A DNA stretch of 64,000 bases from NCBI GenBank assembly GCA_036229005.1, contig JAZAMN010000040.1, positions 1-64,000 of the forward strand, read 5' to 3'. Each line of letters opens with the position of its first letter. The first letter of the stretch is position 1. The notes below the pieces were generated by a model that ran no database searches, was not told where the DNA came from, and saw nothing but the letters and a program-made list of their open reading frames with translations. Positions 38,993 to 48,353 of this stretch are shown one piece after another. A program made the translations under genes and the position numbers. This DNA comes from Myxococcota bacterium (GTDB taxonomy: Bacteria > Myxococcota_A > UBA796 > CAJQPC01).

Positions 38993-40870
38993 TCAGCCCA
39001 TATCGCTGGGAGAAACGGTGCGATCCAGGTTCTCCAGCACTTCCAGAGCCCCCTGCCCCTCCAGCGCCAGCTTGAGGTCCCGCTCGATGCGGCGCTGCGC
39101 AAAGGGCGCGGTGACCTCGTCCAGCTTGGTGGTCAGGTCCTGCACGCGCTTTCGATCGCTGCCGGCCATGGCCTCTCGCAGGGCGTCGCTGACGTGGGAG
39201 ATGACCTCGGCCTCGTTGCCCTGGAGCAGCGCCGCGTCGGCCTTCATGGACTTGGCCACCACGGAGAGGACCTGCTCGGCCTCGACCCGGGCCTCGATGA
39301 GCAGGCGCTCGTCCACGTCGGTCTCGGCGTGGTCGATGGCCTCCTCCAGCATGGTCTCGATCTCCTCGTCGGTCAGGCCGTAGCTGGGCTGGACCTCGAT
39401 CTCGGCGTGGGTCTTTGTGTACTGCTCGGTGGCGGTGACCGACAGGATGCCGTCGGCGTCGACCGAGAAGGTGACCTTGACCCGGGGCAGGCCGGCGGGC
39501 ATGTCGGGGATGCCGCGCAGCTTGAAGCGCGCCAGGGAGCGGCAGTCCTTGGCCAGCTCGCGCTCGCCCTGCAGGACGTGCAGATCCACGGCGCTCTGGC
39601 CGTCCACCTGGGTGGTGAAGGTCTCCGACGCGGTCACGGGGATGGGGCTGCTGCGCCAGATGAGGCGCTCGACGACGCCGCCCATGGTCTCGACGCCCAG
39701 GGACAGCGGGACCACATCCATGAGCAGCAGGTCTTCCGCGAGCTCGCTGGTGCCGGTGAGGATGTCGGCCTGGATGGCGGCGCCGAGGGCGACGACCTGG
39801 TCGGGGTCCAGATCGCAGTAGGGCGCCTGGCCAAAGAACTCCTCGACCACCTGCCGCACATAGGGCACGCGGGTGGAGCCGCCGACGAGCACCACGCCGT
39901 CCAGGTCACCAGGCTCGAGCTCGGCGTCGGCCAGGGCCTGCTTGCAGGAGTCCAGGGTGCGCCGGACGATGGCGTCGATGTCGGCCTGGAACTGGGCGCG
40001 GGTGTAGGTGAAGTCGACGGGGCGGCCGTCCACATCCATCGCGATGCGGGTGTTCTGGGCGTCGGTCAGTGCCCGCTTGGCCTGCTCGGCGCGCTCCATG
40101 ACCCCGAGCAGTGTGCCACCGGTGGCCTGCTGCACCCCGGCCTCCTCCAGGATCCGCTGGGCGATGGCCCGGTCGAAGTCGTCCCCGCCCAGGCGGGTGT
40201 CGCCGGCCGTGGAGAGCACCTGGAAGACGCCCTCGCTGAGCTCCAGGATGGAGACGTCGAAGGTGCCGCCGCCCAGGTCGTAGACGGCGTAGGTGCCCTG
40301 CTTGTTGTCCTGGAGGCCGTAGGCGAGCGCCGCGGCGGTGGGCTCGTTGAGCAGGCGCAGGACGTTCATGCCGGCCAGGCGCCCGGCGTCGCGGGTGGCC
40401 TGACGCTGGGCGTCGTCGAAGTAGGCGGGCACGGTGATGACGACGCCGCTGGGCTCGGCCATCAGGCACTCGTTGGCGCGCATGTAGAGCAGGCGCAGGA
40501 TCCAGGCGCTGACCTCGACCGGAGTGGTGACCTTCTCGCCCACCTGGACGCGCACGGCGCTGTGCTCGTCGCCCTCGGCCAGGGTGTAGTGCAGCTCCTG
40601 GGCGACCTGGCGGGCCTCGGCCTGGGAGCGGCCCATGAAGCGCTTGATGCTGGTCAGGGTGGTGTCGGCGTGGTCCGCGGCGTCCACCAGAGCGTCCCAT
40701 CCGATGGTGGGGGGCACCTGGGTGCCGGGCTTCTGGGACTCGGGGGTGAAGCGGACGGCGCTGGGGGTGAGCGCGCGGCCGTCGTCGTCCAGGAGCACGC
40801 GGGGCTTGTCGCCCATCACGACGGCGACCAGCGAGTGCGTGGTGCCGAGATCGATGCCGATGTTGGCCAT
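38993..40870 (-). CDS. hscA: Fe-S assembly Hsp70 chaperone HscA
   Basis: [39 protein letters not shown]; follows hscB. Confidence 0.92.
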   Translation of the reverse strand: MANIGIDLGTTHSLVAVVMGDKPRVLLDDDGRALTPSAVRFTPESQKPGTQVPPTIGWDALVDAADHADTTLTSIKRFMGRSQAEARQVAQELHYTLAEGDEHSAVRVQVGEKVTTPVEVSAWILRLLYMRANECLMAEPSGVVITVPAYFDDAQRQATRDAGRLAGMNVLRLLNEPTAAALAYGLQDNKQGTYAVYDLGGGTFDVSILELSEGVFQVLSTAGDTRLGGDDFDRAIAQRILEEAGVQQATGGTLLGVMERAEQAKRALTDAQNTRIAMDVDGRPVDFTYTRAQFQADIDAIVRRTLDSCKQALADAELEPGDLDGVVLVGGSTRVPYVRQVVEEFFGQAPYCDLDPDQVVALGAAIQADILTGTSELAEDLLLMDVVPLSLGVETMGGVVERLIWRSSPIPVTASETFTTQVDGQSAVDLHVLQGERELAKDCRSLARFKLRGIPDMPAGLPRVKVTFSVDADGILSVTATEQYTKTHAEIEVQPSYGLTDEEIETMLEEAIDHAETDVDERLLIEARVEAEQVLSVVAKSMKADAALLQGNEAEVISHVSDALREAMAGSDRKRVQDLTTKLDEVTAPFAQRRIERDLKLALEGQGALEVLENLDRTVSPSDMG

Positions 40871-40895
40871 CAGGGGAATCCTTGTTCCGGGCGGC

Positions 40896-41441
40896 TCAGT
40901 CGTGGCCACCGTCGATGAGGGTGCGCAGGTACTTGAGGCGGCCCAGGATGGCCGGCACCTGCTCCAGGTCGTTGTCCGCGAAGGCCTGCTCCAGCCGGGC
41001 GCTCTCCTGCACGCGCAGGGCCTGCCCCTTCTCCACCGCCGCGGCGGGGTCTTCGGCCCGGAGCATGTTCAGCTCGAACACGGTCTCCAGGAAGCTGGGG
41101 TCGGGCTGCCCGCCCTTCTCGGGGGGACGCTCCGAGCCGGTGGCCAGGTACCAGGCGCGCTGGGTGTCATCGCGCAGCACCTTGCGGGCGCGGTTGAGGT
41201 GCGCGGTCCACTGCAGAGCCATGCGGCGCTGCACCGCAGAGGCCCCGGCGAAGCGGTCGGGGTGCACCTTGCGGGAGGCCGCACGCCAGGCGCGGTCCAG
41301 GGCCTTCCGGTCCACGACATAGCCGCGCTCCACCCCCAGGATCCCGAAGAGATCGGGGTGCGGGGGGGGCGGCTGGATGGCGCCACAAGAGGCGCACACG
41401 GGCCCCTGTACGGGCTCCTTGCACTGCCAGCAATGCTGCAC
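40896..41441 (-). CDS. hscB: Co-chaperone HscB (J-domain with N-terminal CWxC/CxxC)
   Basis: CWQC...[15 protein letters not shown]. Confidence 0.9.
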   Translation of the reverse strand: MQHCWQCKEPVQGPVCASCGAIQPPPPHPDLFGILGVERGYVVDRKALDRAWRAASRKVHPDRFAGASAVQRRMALQWTAHLNRARKVLRDDTQRAWYLATGSERPPEKGGQPDPSFLETVFELNMLRAEDPAAAVEKGQALRVQESARLEQAFADNDLEQVPAILGRLKYLRTLIDGGHD

Positions 41442-41458
41442 GGCGGCGCTCCGTCAGC

Positions 41459-41791
41459 TCAAAGGGTGAAGGACTCGCCGCAGGAGCAGGAGGAACCGGA
41501 CAGCGGGTTGTTGAACACAAAGCCGGTCTTCATCAGGGACTTCTGGAAGTCGATCTCCGTCCCATTGAGGAAGAGGTAGCTCTTGCGGTCCACGGCCACG
41601 GTGATGTCCCCATCCTTGAAGGTGAAGACCTTGTCCCGCTCCTGAGGGGCCTCGACGATGTCGAGGAAGTAGCTGAGCCCAGAGCAGCCACCACCCCGAA
41701 CGCCCACACGCAGGATGTGGTCGGGGGTCTGGCGCATCATGCGCAGCTTCTCGAAGCGGTCGATGGCGGCTTGTGTGATCTGGATGGCCAT
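41459..41791 (-). CDS. iscA: A-type Fe-S carrier IscA
   Basis: GGGCSGLSY, FVFNNP, CSCGESF. Confidence 0.92.
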   Translation of the reverse strand: MAIQITQAAIDRFEKLRMMRQTPDHILRVGVRGGGCSGLSYFLDIVEAPQERDKVFTFKDGDITVAVDRKSYLFLNGTEIDFQKSLMKTGFVFNNPLSGSSCSCGESFTL

Positions 41792-41803
41792 GGTGGCCCC
41801 CTT

Positions 41804-42205
41804 CTACTCGGTCGCGGCCTTCTTGGCCGCCTGCTTGGCCCGGTAGTCGGCCAGAGCCGCCTTGATGGCGTCCTCAGCCAGCACCGAGCAGTGGATCTTG
41901 ACGGGGGGCAGCGCGAGCTCTTCGGCGATGGCGCCGTTCTCGAGGTTCTGCGCGTACTCCACGCTCTTGCCCTTGACCATCTCGGTCACCAGCGAAGAGC
42001 TGGCGATGGCGCTGCCGCAGCCGAAGGTCTTGAACTTGGCGTCCTCGATGATGCCGTCGTCGCTGATCTTGAGCTGGAGCTTCATCACGTCGCCGCAGGC
42101 AGGGGCGCCCACGAGACCGGTGCCGACCTCGTCGGAGTCCTTGTCCAGGCTGCCCATGTTGCGGGGGTTCTCGAAGTGGTCAATCAGCTTGTCGGAGTAG
42201 GCCAT
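41804..42205 (-). CDS. iscU: Fe-S scaffold IscU
   Basis: GAPACGDVM, FKTFGCGSAIASSS, LPPVKIHCS. Confidence 0.97.
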   Translation of the reverse strand: MAYSDKLIDHFENPRNMGSLDKDSDEVGTGLVGAPACGDVMKLQLKISDDGIIEDAKFKTFGCGSAIASSSLVTEMVKGKSVEYAQNLENGAIAEELALPPVKIHCSVLAEDAIKAALADYRAKQAAKKAATE

Positions 42206-42257
42206 GGTGCTGGTCCTCGCGTTCAAAGAGAGAAGGAAGAAGGGAGGGGGCGGGCGC

Positions 42258-43484
42258 TCAGTGCGCTTCCCACTGGATGCTCTTGATGTCGATGCCCGAC
42301 TGGACCATCTCCCACAGGGGGCTCATGTCGCGCAGCTTGGTCGCGGCCTCGACCACGGCCTTGGTGGCGTAGTCGATCTCCTCGTCCGTGGTGAAGCGGC
42401 CCAGGCCAAAGCGGATGGAGGTGTGGGCGAGCTCGACATCGACGCCCAACGCCCGCAGAACGTAGCTGGGCTCCAGGCTCGCGGAGGTGCAGGCCGAACC
42501 CGAGGACACCGCGATCTCCTTGATGGCCATCATCATGGCCTCGCCCTCGACGTAGGCGAAGCTGACGTTCAGGTTGTTGGGCAGGCGCTGGTCCCAGGAG
42601 CCGTTGAGGTAGACCTCGTCCAGGCCCTCCTGGATCCCCACCCACAGGCGATCCCGGAGCGCGCGCACCCGATCGATCTCGCCGTTGACGAGGTCCTCCG
42701 CAGCCAGCTCGGCGGCCTTGCCCAGGCCAACGATCTGGTGGACCGGCAGGGTGCCGGAGCGCAGGCCGCGCTCGTGGCCGCCGCCGTGGATGATGGGCTC
42801 GATGCGGATCCTGGGGCGACCGCGGCGCACGTAGAGGGCGCCGATGCCCTTGGGGCCGTACATCTTGTGGCCGCTCAGGGAGAGCAGGTCCACGTTGAGC
42901 TCGGCGACGTCCACGGGGATCTTGCCGGTGGCCTGCACGGCGTCGCAGTGGAAGATCACGCCGGCCTCGCGGCAGACGGCGCCGATCTCGGAGATGGGCT
43001 GCACGACGCCGATCTCGTTGTTGGCGTACATCACGGACACCAGCACGGTGTCCTCGCGGATGGCGTCCTTGACCTGCTGTGCGCTGACCAGGCCCTGCTC
43101 ATCGACCTCCAGGAAGGTGACCTCGAAGCCCTCCTTCTCGAGCTGGTGGGCGGAGTCCAGGGTGGCCTTGTGCTCGGTCAGCACGGTGATGACGTGCTTG
43201 CCCTTCTTGCGGCTGTTGAAGCGCGCGCCGCCGATGATGGCCAGGTTGTTCGACTCGGTGGCGCCGGAGGTGAAGATGACCTCCTTGGCGCTGGCGCCGA
43301 TCAGCTTGGCGACCTGACCGCGGGCGTTCTCCACCGCCTCGTTCGCGGCCCAGCCAAAGGCGTGGTTCCGGCTCGCGGCGTTGCCGAACACGTCGGTCAG
43401 GAAGGGCATCATCGCCTCCAGGACGCGGGGGTCCAGGGGCGTGGTGGCGTGGTTGTCCAGGTAGATGGGGAACTTGAGGGCCAT
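42258..43484 (-). CDS. iscS: Cysteine desulfurase IscS
   Basis: [34 protein letters not shown]...IQW. Confidence 0.97.
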   Translation of the reverse strand: MALKFPIYLDNHATTPLDPRVLEAMMPFLTDVFGNAASRNHAFGWAANEAVENARGQVAKLIGASAKEVIFTSGATESNNLAIIGGARFNSRKKGKHVITVLTEHKATLDSAHQLEKEGFEVTFLEVDEQGLVSAQQVKDAIREDTVLVSVMYANNEIGVVQPISEIGAVCREAGVIFHCDAVQATGKIPVDVAELNVDLLSLSGHKMYGPKGIGALYVRRGRPRIRIEPIIHGGGHERGLRSGTLPVHQIVGLGKAAELAAEDLVNGEIDRVRALRDRLWVGIQEGLDEVYLNGSWDQRLPNNLNVSFAYVEGEAMMMAIKEIAVSSGSACTSASLEPSYVLRALGVDVELAHTSIRFGLGRFTTDEEIDYATKAVVEAATKLRDMSPLWEMVQSGIDIKSIQWEAH

Positions 43485-43505
43485 GTTCCGGCGGTGCTCC
43501 AGGGT

Positions 43506-43985
43506 TCAGGCGGTGGGTGCCTGGGTGACAGCAGCGACCAGGTCGGGGACCTGTCCGTCGCTGGGGTGCTGCTCACAGGCGCTGCAGTCCCCTCGGTGAG
43601 TGAGGGGCTCGCAGCTCCTGCAGCCGTCGAGATAGTCGATCGAGTTGCCCAGGTCGCGCTCCAGGGCCTGAAGACGGTCCAGCGCGAGCTGGGTCTCCTT
43701 GCGCTTGGCGACGTAGAAGTCCCGGAGCTGCCCCATGGCGGCGGGTCCGGTCTCGGCCTCGGTGAGCTGGGCCAGGAAGTCCTGGATCTCGGCCAGGGAG
43801 AAGCCCAGCTCCTGCAGGCGCTCGATCCAGCGGATCCGCGTCAGCGCGCGCTCGTCATAGAGCCGGAAGCCACCCTTGGTGCGGCCGCTGGGACGCAGCA
43901 GGCCGCGCTCCTCATAGAAGTGGAGCGTCCGGGCTGTCTTTCCGCTGGCCTTGACAAGCTGGCCGATTCGCATGGGCTTGCTCAC
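43506..43985 (-). CDS. MerR-family regulator with C-terminal CxxC-x8-CxxC
   Basis: MRIGQL...TARTLHFYEERGLL...GGFRLY; GCRSCEPLTHRGDCSAC; GTG 43985 (alternative ATG 43973). Confidence 0.9.
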   Translation of the reverse strand: MSKPMRIGQLVKASGKTARTLHFYEERGLLRPSGRTKGGFRLYDERALTRIRWIERLQELGFSLAEIQDFLAQLTEAETGPAAMGQLRDFYVAKRKETQLALDRLQALERDLGNSIDYLDGCRSCEPLTHRGDCSACEQHPSDGQVPDLVAAVTQAPTA

Positions 43986-44013
43986 TGCGCGGGACTCTCC
44001 AAGGGGCTGCGCA

Positions 44014-44087
44014 AAACTCTCACGTGGGGGTGAGGTTTTAGCTCCAAGGATGTTGCGCGTCAAACCCTTACGTGCAGGTGAGAGTTT
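44014..44087 (-). promoter_or_regulatory. Sigma70-like promoter (TTGACG-17bp-TAAAAC) bracketed by two 10-6-10 palindromic MerR-type operators
   Basis: AAACTCTCAC-GTGGGG-GTGAGGTTTT (44014-44039) and AAACCCTTAC-GTGCAG-GTGAGAGTTT (44062-44087); -35 at 44058-44063, -10 at 44035-44040. Confidence 0.8.
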
Positions 44088-44112
44088 GCAGAGAGGACTG
44101 TCCAGAGGCGCG

Positions 44113-45924
44113 TCAGGTCAGGGATCTGAGCCAGGCGTCGAAGAAGAAGAGGGTCCACAGCTTGGGGCCGTGATCGGCGTCTCCAGCGGCGTGCTCCCGG
44201 GCCAGCTTCCGGATGGCGTCCGCCCGGAAGAGCCGGTGCGGGTCTTCGCAGAGCAGAGAGACCCGCTCCCACAGGAAGCTCTCCCCGTCCCCACGCAGCC
44301 AGCGGTTCTGGGGGGCAGGCATGCGGCGCTTGGGACGCCAGTTGAGCCGCGGCGGGAGCTGCTTGGCGGTGAGCTGCTTGAGGGGCCACTTGGAGTGCCA
44401 GCGGCCCATGCGGCGCTTGACCTTGGCCCGCCCAGGGAGCTGGTCCAGGAAGTCCAGCAGCTCGGGGTCCAGCAGCGGAAAGCGCATGGAGATGCCCAAC
44501 GCAGCGGCCGGCTGCTCGGCCCGTGGCAGGGAGTTGTGGGTGAGCCAGCCGCGCTGGTAGACGTGGAGAACCTCGTTGATGGGGTCGGAGATGACCTCTC
44601 GGTAGAGGGGCTCGAGCATCTGCCGGCGGATGCCGGAGCGAACCAGGCTGGGGTCGCGCAGCAGGGCCTTGCGGCCCACCGTGCCGAAGATGTTGGAGCC
44701 GCCCACGTGGCGCTCCAGCCCGAAGCCCTCGGGGCCCACCAGGAACTTGGAGCCCCGGGGCCCCATCACGCGCCCCAGGCTGCCCCGGAGCCCGGTGGGG
44801 AGGTTGGCGACCACGCCAGCGGCGCGCAGCTCCCGCATCAGCTCTTCGACCCGGCTGCCGCCGAAGAGTTCGTCCGCGCCGTCCCCCGAGAGCACCGTGC
44901 TGCACACGCTGGAGGCCTGCTCCATCAGCAGCCACTGGACGATGGCGGCCGGGGTCTGCAGCGGGGTGTTCGAGGCCGCGATGGCCGGCTCCAAGGCCCG
45001 GAGGAAGTCGTGGCGGGTGAGCCGGATGAGGTTGTGCTCGGAGCCGTGGATGCGCGCGATGCGCCCCGCGAAGCTGGCCTCGTCCTGGCCCCCATCAGCG
45101 AACGCCACGTTGAAGCTGCGGACGGGGCCGCTCTGGACCGCGAGGCCCAGGATGCAGGAGCTGGCGCCGCCCCCAGAGAGCAGCAGGCCCGGGCTGTCGT
45201 TGCCGAGCCTCCGAGCGACCGCGCGCTCCAGCAAGCTCTCCAGGCGGGCCTGGACCTCCTTCTCGGGGGGCTCCTCGGCGTCGGGCGCGGACATGCGGGC
45301 CACGTGCCAGCGGCGCAGGCGCACGCCCCCTTGGTCCACGCGCGCCACGGCGCCAGCGGGGAGCTGGCGGATGTCCCGGAGCAGGGTGCGCGGCGCGTGG
45401 ACGTAGCGGAAGGCGAGCTGCTCGGCGAGGTGCTCCCGGGCGAGCTCCGCGCTGACCCAAGGCAGGGCCAGCAGGCCCCGAAGATCCGAGGCGAACGCCA
45501 GCTTTCCCCCGAGCCGGCAATAGTAGAGCGGCCGCGCCCCGGAGCGGTCCCGGGCCAGGTGGAGCACCTGCTCCCGCGGGTTCCAGATCGCGAGCGCGAA
45601 GTCCGCGTTCAGGCGCTGCAGCAGCCCGTCGCCCCAGGTGTGCCAGCCCGCCGCCAGCAAGCCCAGGTGCCCCTGCCGGGGGTCGGTGGACACCCCGGCC
45701 TTCTGGAGTCGAGCGCCCAGGGCGTCCGCTTCGAAGAGGGAGAGATCGCCCTGCATCAGCAGGTCCTCGCCGATGCGCATGGGTCCCTTGAGCGCGACAG
45801 GGCCGACGCGGTGGGTCGGTGCACCCGGATCCACGCGGCCCCCCTGAGCCGTCTCCATCGCCTGGAGCCAAGCCCGCTCAGGACGCCCACCGCGGAAGTC
45901 AACGATGCCTGCGATGCCGCTCAA
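44113..45924 (-). CDS. Asparagine synthetase (AsnB)-like protein with degenerate motifs
   Basis: TTG start with GGAGG: MSGIAGIV; LARDRSGARPLYY, FASD, VLSGDGADELFGG, RFPLLD. Confidence 0.85.
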   Translation of the reverse strand: MSGIAGIVDFRGGRPERAWLQAMETAQGGRVDPGAPTHRVGPVALKGPMRIGEDLLMQGDLSLFEADALGARLQKAGVSTDPRQGHLGLLAAGWHTWGDGLLQRLNADFALAIWNPREQVLHLARDRSGARPLYYCRLGGKLAFASDLRGLLALPWVSAELAREHLAEQLAFRYVHAPRTLLRDIRQLPAGAVARVDQGGVRLRRWHVARMSAPDAEEPPEKEVQARLESLLERAVARRLGNDSPGLLLSGGGASSCILGLAVQSGPVRSFNVAFADGGQDEASFAGRIARIHGSEHNLIRLTRHDFLRALEPAIAASNTPLQTPAAIVQWLLMEQASSVCSTVLSGDGADELFGGSRVEELMRELRAAGVVANLPTGLRGSLGRVMGPRGSKFLVGPEGFGLERHVGGSNIFGTVGRKALLRDPSLVRSGIRRQMLEPLYREVISDPINEVLHVYQRGWLTHNSLPRAEQPAAALGISMRFPLLDPELLDFLDQLPGRAKVKRRMGRWHSKWPLKQLTAKQLPPRLNWRPKRRMPAPQNRWLRGDGESFLWERVSLLCEDPHRLFRADAIRKLAREHAAGDADHGPKLWTLFFFDAWLRSLT

Positions 45925-45971
45925 CAGCGCCTCCAGTGGCTCGCCTAACCCGCAGGCGCTACCCTCGGTCC

Positions 45972-47330
45972 ATGTTCCCCCTGCTGCTGGCAACCGTGAG
46001 CGCTCTGAGCGCGTGCACCAAGGACCCCGAGCCCCTGATGGTGCTGGTGATCGTGGACACCCTGCGGGCCGACGCGCTCTCCTTCTCCGGAGCGCCGGTC
46101 AAGGACGCCAGCCCGGCGATCCAGGCCCTCAAGGACGAGAGCGTCTGGTTCTCGCGCGCTCAGGCCTCCAGCTCGTGGACGCTGCCCAGCACGACCTCGC
46201 TGCTCACCGGGCTCCCCCCCTGGCAGCACCGGGTGGTCCGCGAGGCCGAGAACCCCGCCTGCTTCGGGCGCCTGCGGGAGGACATCCCCACCCTGGCCTC
46301 GGTCGCGAAGCAGCGCGGGGACCGGAGCGCGGCGTTCATCAACAACGCCTTCCTGGCTCCGGAGTTCAACCTCCACCTGAGCTTTGACGTCTACGACTTC
46401 CACGGCGCAGAGGCCACTGGGCACCGCACCGCGCTGGAGACGGTCAAGCTGGCCCTGGACTGGGTGGACCAGGCCCCCGAAGAGGGCGGCGTGCTGGTGG
46501 TCCACATCATGGAGCCGCACACCGACTACGACCCCGGCCCCACCTGGAAAGGGCACTACACGGACGGGATGCCCACCAGCCTGACCCTCCCCATCGGGAG
46601 CTGGAAGCACAGCCTGTGGATGACCGGTCAGGAGGTCCCCTCCCTCGAAGACCAGGCCTTCGTGCGCGCGGCCTATCAGGAAGAGGTGCGGGCGACGGAC
46701 GAGGCGGTGGGCACCCTGGTCCAGGGGCTCAAGGACCGGGGCCTGTGGGACCGCACCACCCTGGTGCTCACCTCGGACCACGGCGAGGCCTTCTGGGACC
46801 GGGGCTCCTACGAGCACGGCCACACCTTGATGGACGAGGTCACCCACGTCCCTCTGCTGGTGCGCGCCCCCGGCCTCGAGCCCGGCGAGAACCAGACCCT
46901 GGTGGACAGCACCTTCCCCTTCATGCTGCTGGTGGATCCCACCCGCGAGAACGGCGCCTGGGCGCTCACCAAGAGCGGCGAGACCGACCCCCAGCGCCTG
47001 ACCCTGAGCCAGGGCATCCTCTATGGGAACCAGAAGGCCTCCATCCTGACCAGCGAGCACCGTCTGGTCGCGGACCTGCAGCCCCGCAGCGACGGCGCGC
47101 GCTACCTGCGGCTCTACGAGGTCCACGACGGCGTGACGGCAAAGGTCCCCCTGCAGCCCGAGCACCCCGCCCAGCAGACGGTCACGCCGCAGCTCCGCAA
47201 CTTGCTGGAGCAGGCCCGCGGGACCCTCGATCCCACCCCGCCCACCAACGCTCAGGGCATCGAGACCGCAACGGTCTTCCAGCAGCTCCGCGCCCAGGGC
47301 TACCTGGACGGCAACGACTGCCAGCGCTGA
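45972..47330 (+). CDS. Sulfatase-like (alkaline phosphatase superfamily) lipoprotein
   Basis: VIVDTLRAD, SWTLPSTTSLLTG, EPHTDY, TSDHGE, EHGH, HVPLLV. Confidence 0.9.
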   Translation: MFPLLLATVSALSACTKDPEPLMVLVIVDTLRADALSFSGAPVKDASPAIQALKDESVWFSRAQASSSWTLPSTTSLLTGLPPWQHRVVREAENPACFGRLREDIPTLASVAKQRGDRSAAFINNAFLAPEFNLHLSFDVYDFHGAEATGHRTALETVKLALDWVDQAPEEGGVLVVHIMEPHTDYDPGPTWKGHYTDGMPTSLTLPIGSWKHSLWMTGQEVPSLEDQAFVRAAYQEEVRATDEAVGTLVQGLKDRGLWDRTTLVLTSDHGEAFWDRGSYEHGHTLMDEVTHVPLLVRAPGLEPGENQTLVDSTFPFMLLVDPTRENGAWALTKSGETDPQRLTLSQGILYGNQKASILTSEHRLVADLQPRSDGARYLRLYEVHDGVTAKVPLQPEHPAQQTVTPQLRNLLEQARGTLDPTPPTNAQGIETATVFQQLRAQGYLDGNDCQR

Positions 47331-47333
47331 ACA

Positions 47334-47351
47334 GCCCCCGGCTCAGGGGGC
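47334..47351. terminator. GC hairpin between convergent sulfatase and fpr genes
   Basis: GCCCCC-GGCTCA-GGGGGC; no U-tract. Confidence 0.4.
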
Positions 47352-47377
47352 CTCCGCGCTGTGGGAGGGCCGGAGCC

Positions 47378-48151
47378 TCAGCCCACGAACGCGCGCTCGA
47401 CGACGTACTGGGCGGGCCGGGAGTTGGTGCCGGACTTCATGCCCAGCTCCTTGAGGATGTTGGCCGTGTCCTTGGTCATGGCCAGCGAGCCGCAGATCAT
47501 GGCGCGATCCGTCTCGGGGTCCATGGGCTCGATGCCCAGGTCCGTGAAGAGCTTGCCGTTGGTGAGCAGGTCCGTGATGCGGCCCTGGTACGGGAAGTCC
47601 TCGCGGGTGACGCTGTTGTAGAGCGTGAGCTGGCTCTGGGCCTCTTCTCCGACCAGGGGGTCCTGCTTGGTGAGCTCCACCAGCTCCTGACCGTACTTGA
47701 GCTCCGCGACCTCGCGGCAGGTGTGGGTCAGGTAGACGTGGTCGAAGGTCTCGTAGGTGCCCGGATCCCGGATGATGCTGGCGAAGGGCGCGATCCCGGT
47801 GCCCGTGGAGAACAGGAAGAGGCGCCGGCCCTTGGTCAGGGAGTTGAGCACCAGGGTGCCCACCGGCTTGGCGGAGAGCAGGATCTCATCGCCCACCTGG
47901 ATGTGCTGCAGGCGGGAGGTCAGGGGTCCGTTGGGGACCTTGATGGAGTAGAACTCCAGCTCCTCGGCCCAGGCCGGGCAGGCGATGGAGTAGGCCCGCA
48001 TCAGCGGCTCGCCATCCACCATGATGCCGATCATGATGAACTGGCCAGAGCGGAAACGCAGGCCCTGGGGGCGCGTGGTCCGGAAGTGGAAGAGACGGTC
48101 CGTGTAGTGCTGGACCGAGGTGACCTTCACGCTGTAGGCAGGCGTCGCCAT
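47378..48151 (-). CDS. fpr: Ferredoxin-NADP+ reductase
   Basis: FRSGQF, RAYSIA, GPLTSRLQ, STGTGIAPF, MICGS, VVERAFV. Confidence 0.95.
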   Translation of the reverse strand: MATPAYSVKVTSVQHYTDRLFHFRTTRPQGLRFRSGQFIMIGIMVDGEPLMRAYSIACPAWAEELEFYSIKVPNGPLTSRLQHIQVGDEILLSAKPVGTLVLNSLTKGRRLFLFSTGTGIAPFASIIRDPGTYETFDHVYLTHTCREVAELKYGQELVELTKQDPLVGEEAQSQLTLYNSVTREDFPYQGRITDLLTNGKLFTDLGIEPMDPETDRAMICGSLAMTKDTANILKELGMKSGTNSRPAQYVVERAFVG

Positions 48152-48353
48152 TTGGGGGCTCCATCAGGGGTGCTGGCAAGGGTTGTCCGCGAGCGCGCAG
48201 GGTTTGCGCCCGGACGATTTCCCGGCCCTTATTCGATCCCAGCGGGGGTGGCATCGCGTAGGGCATTGTGCCGCACCGTCGCCGGCCCACCACGGGTTAC
48301 GGCCCGGCCAGAACACCGCTCGACCTAGCCGCCGAGCCCATCCGGAGGTCCAC

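Noticed and set aside
44113..45924. Lasso peptide cyclase cluster
   Set aside because: No B1/B2 (RRE or transglutaminase-like peptidase) gene or precursor peptide is seen nearby
48152..48353. Possible riboswitch or ncRNA in the fpr-surface protein intergenic region
   Set aside because: No recognisable conserved motif by eye; an Rfam search would be needed
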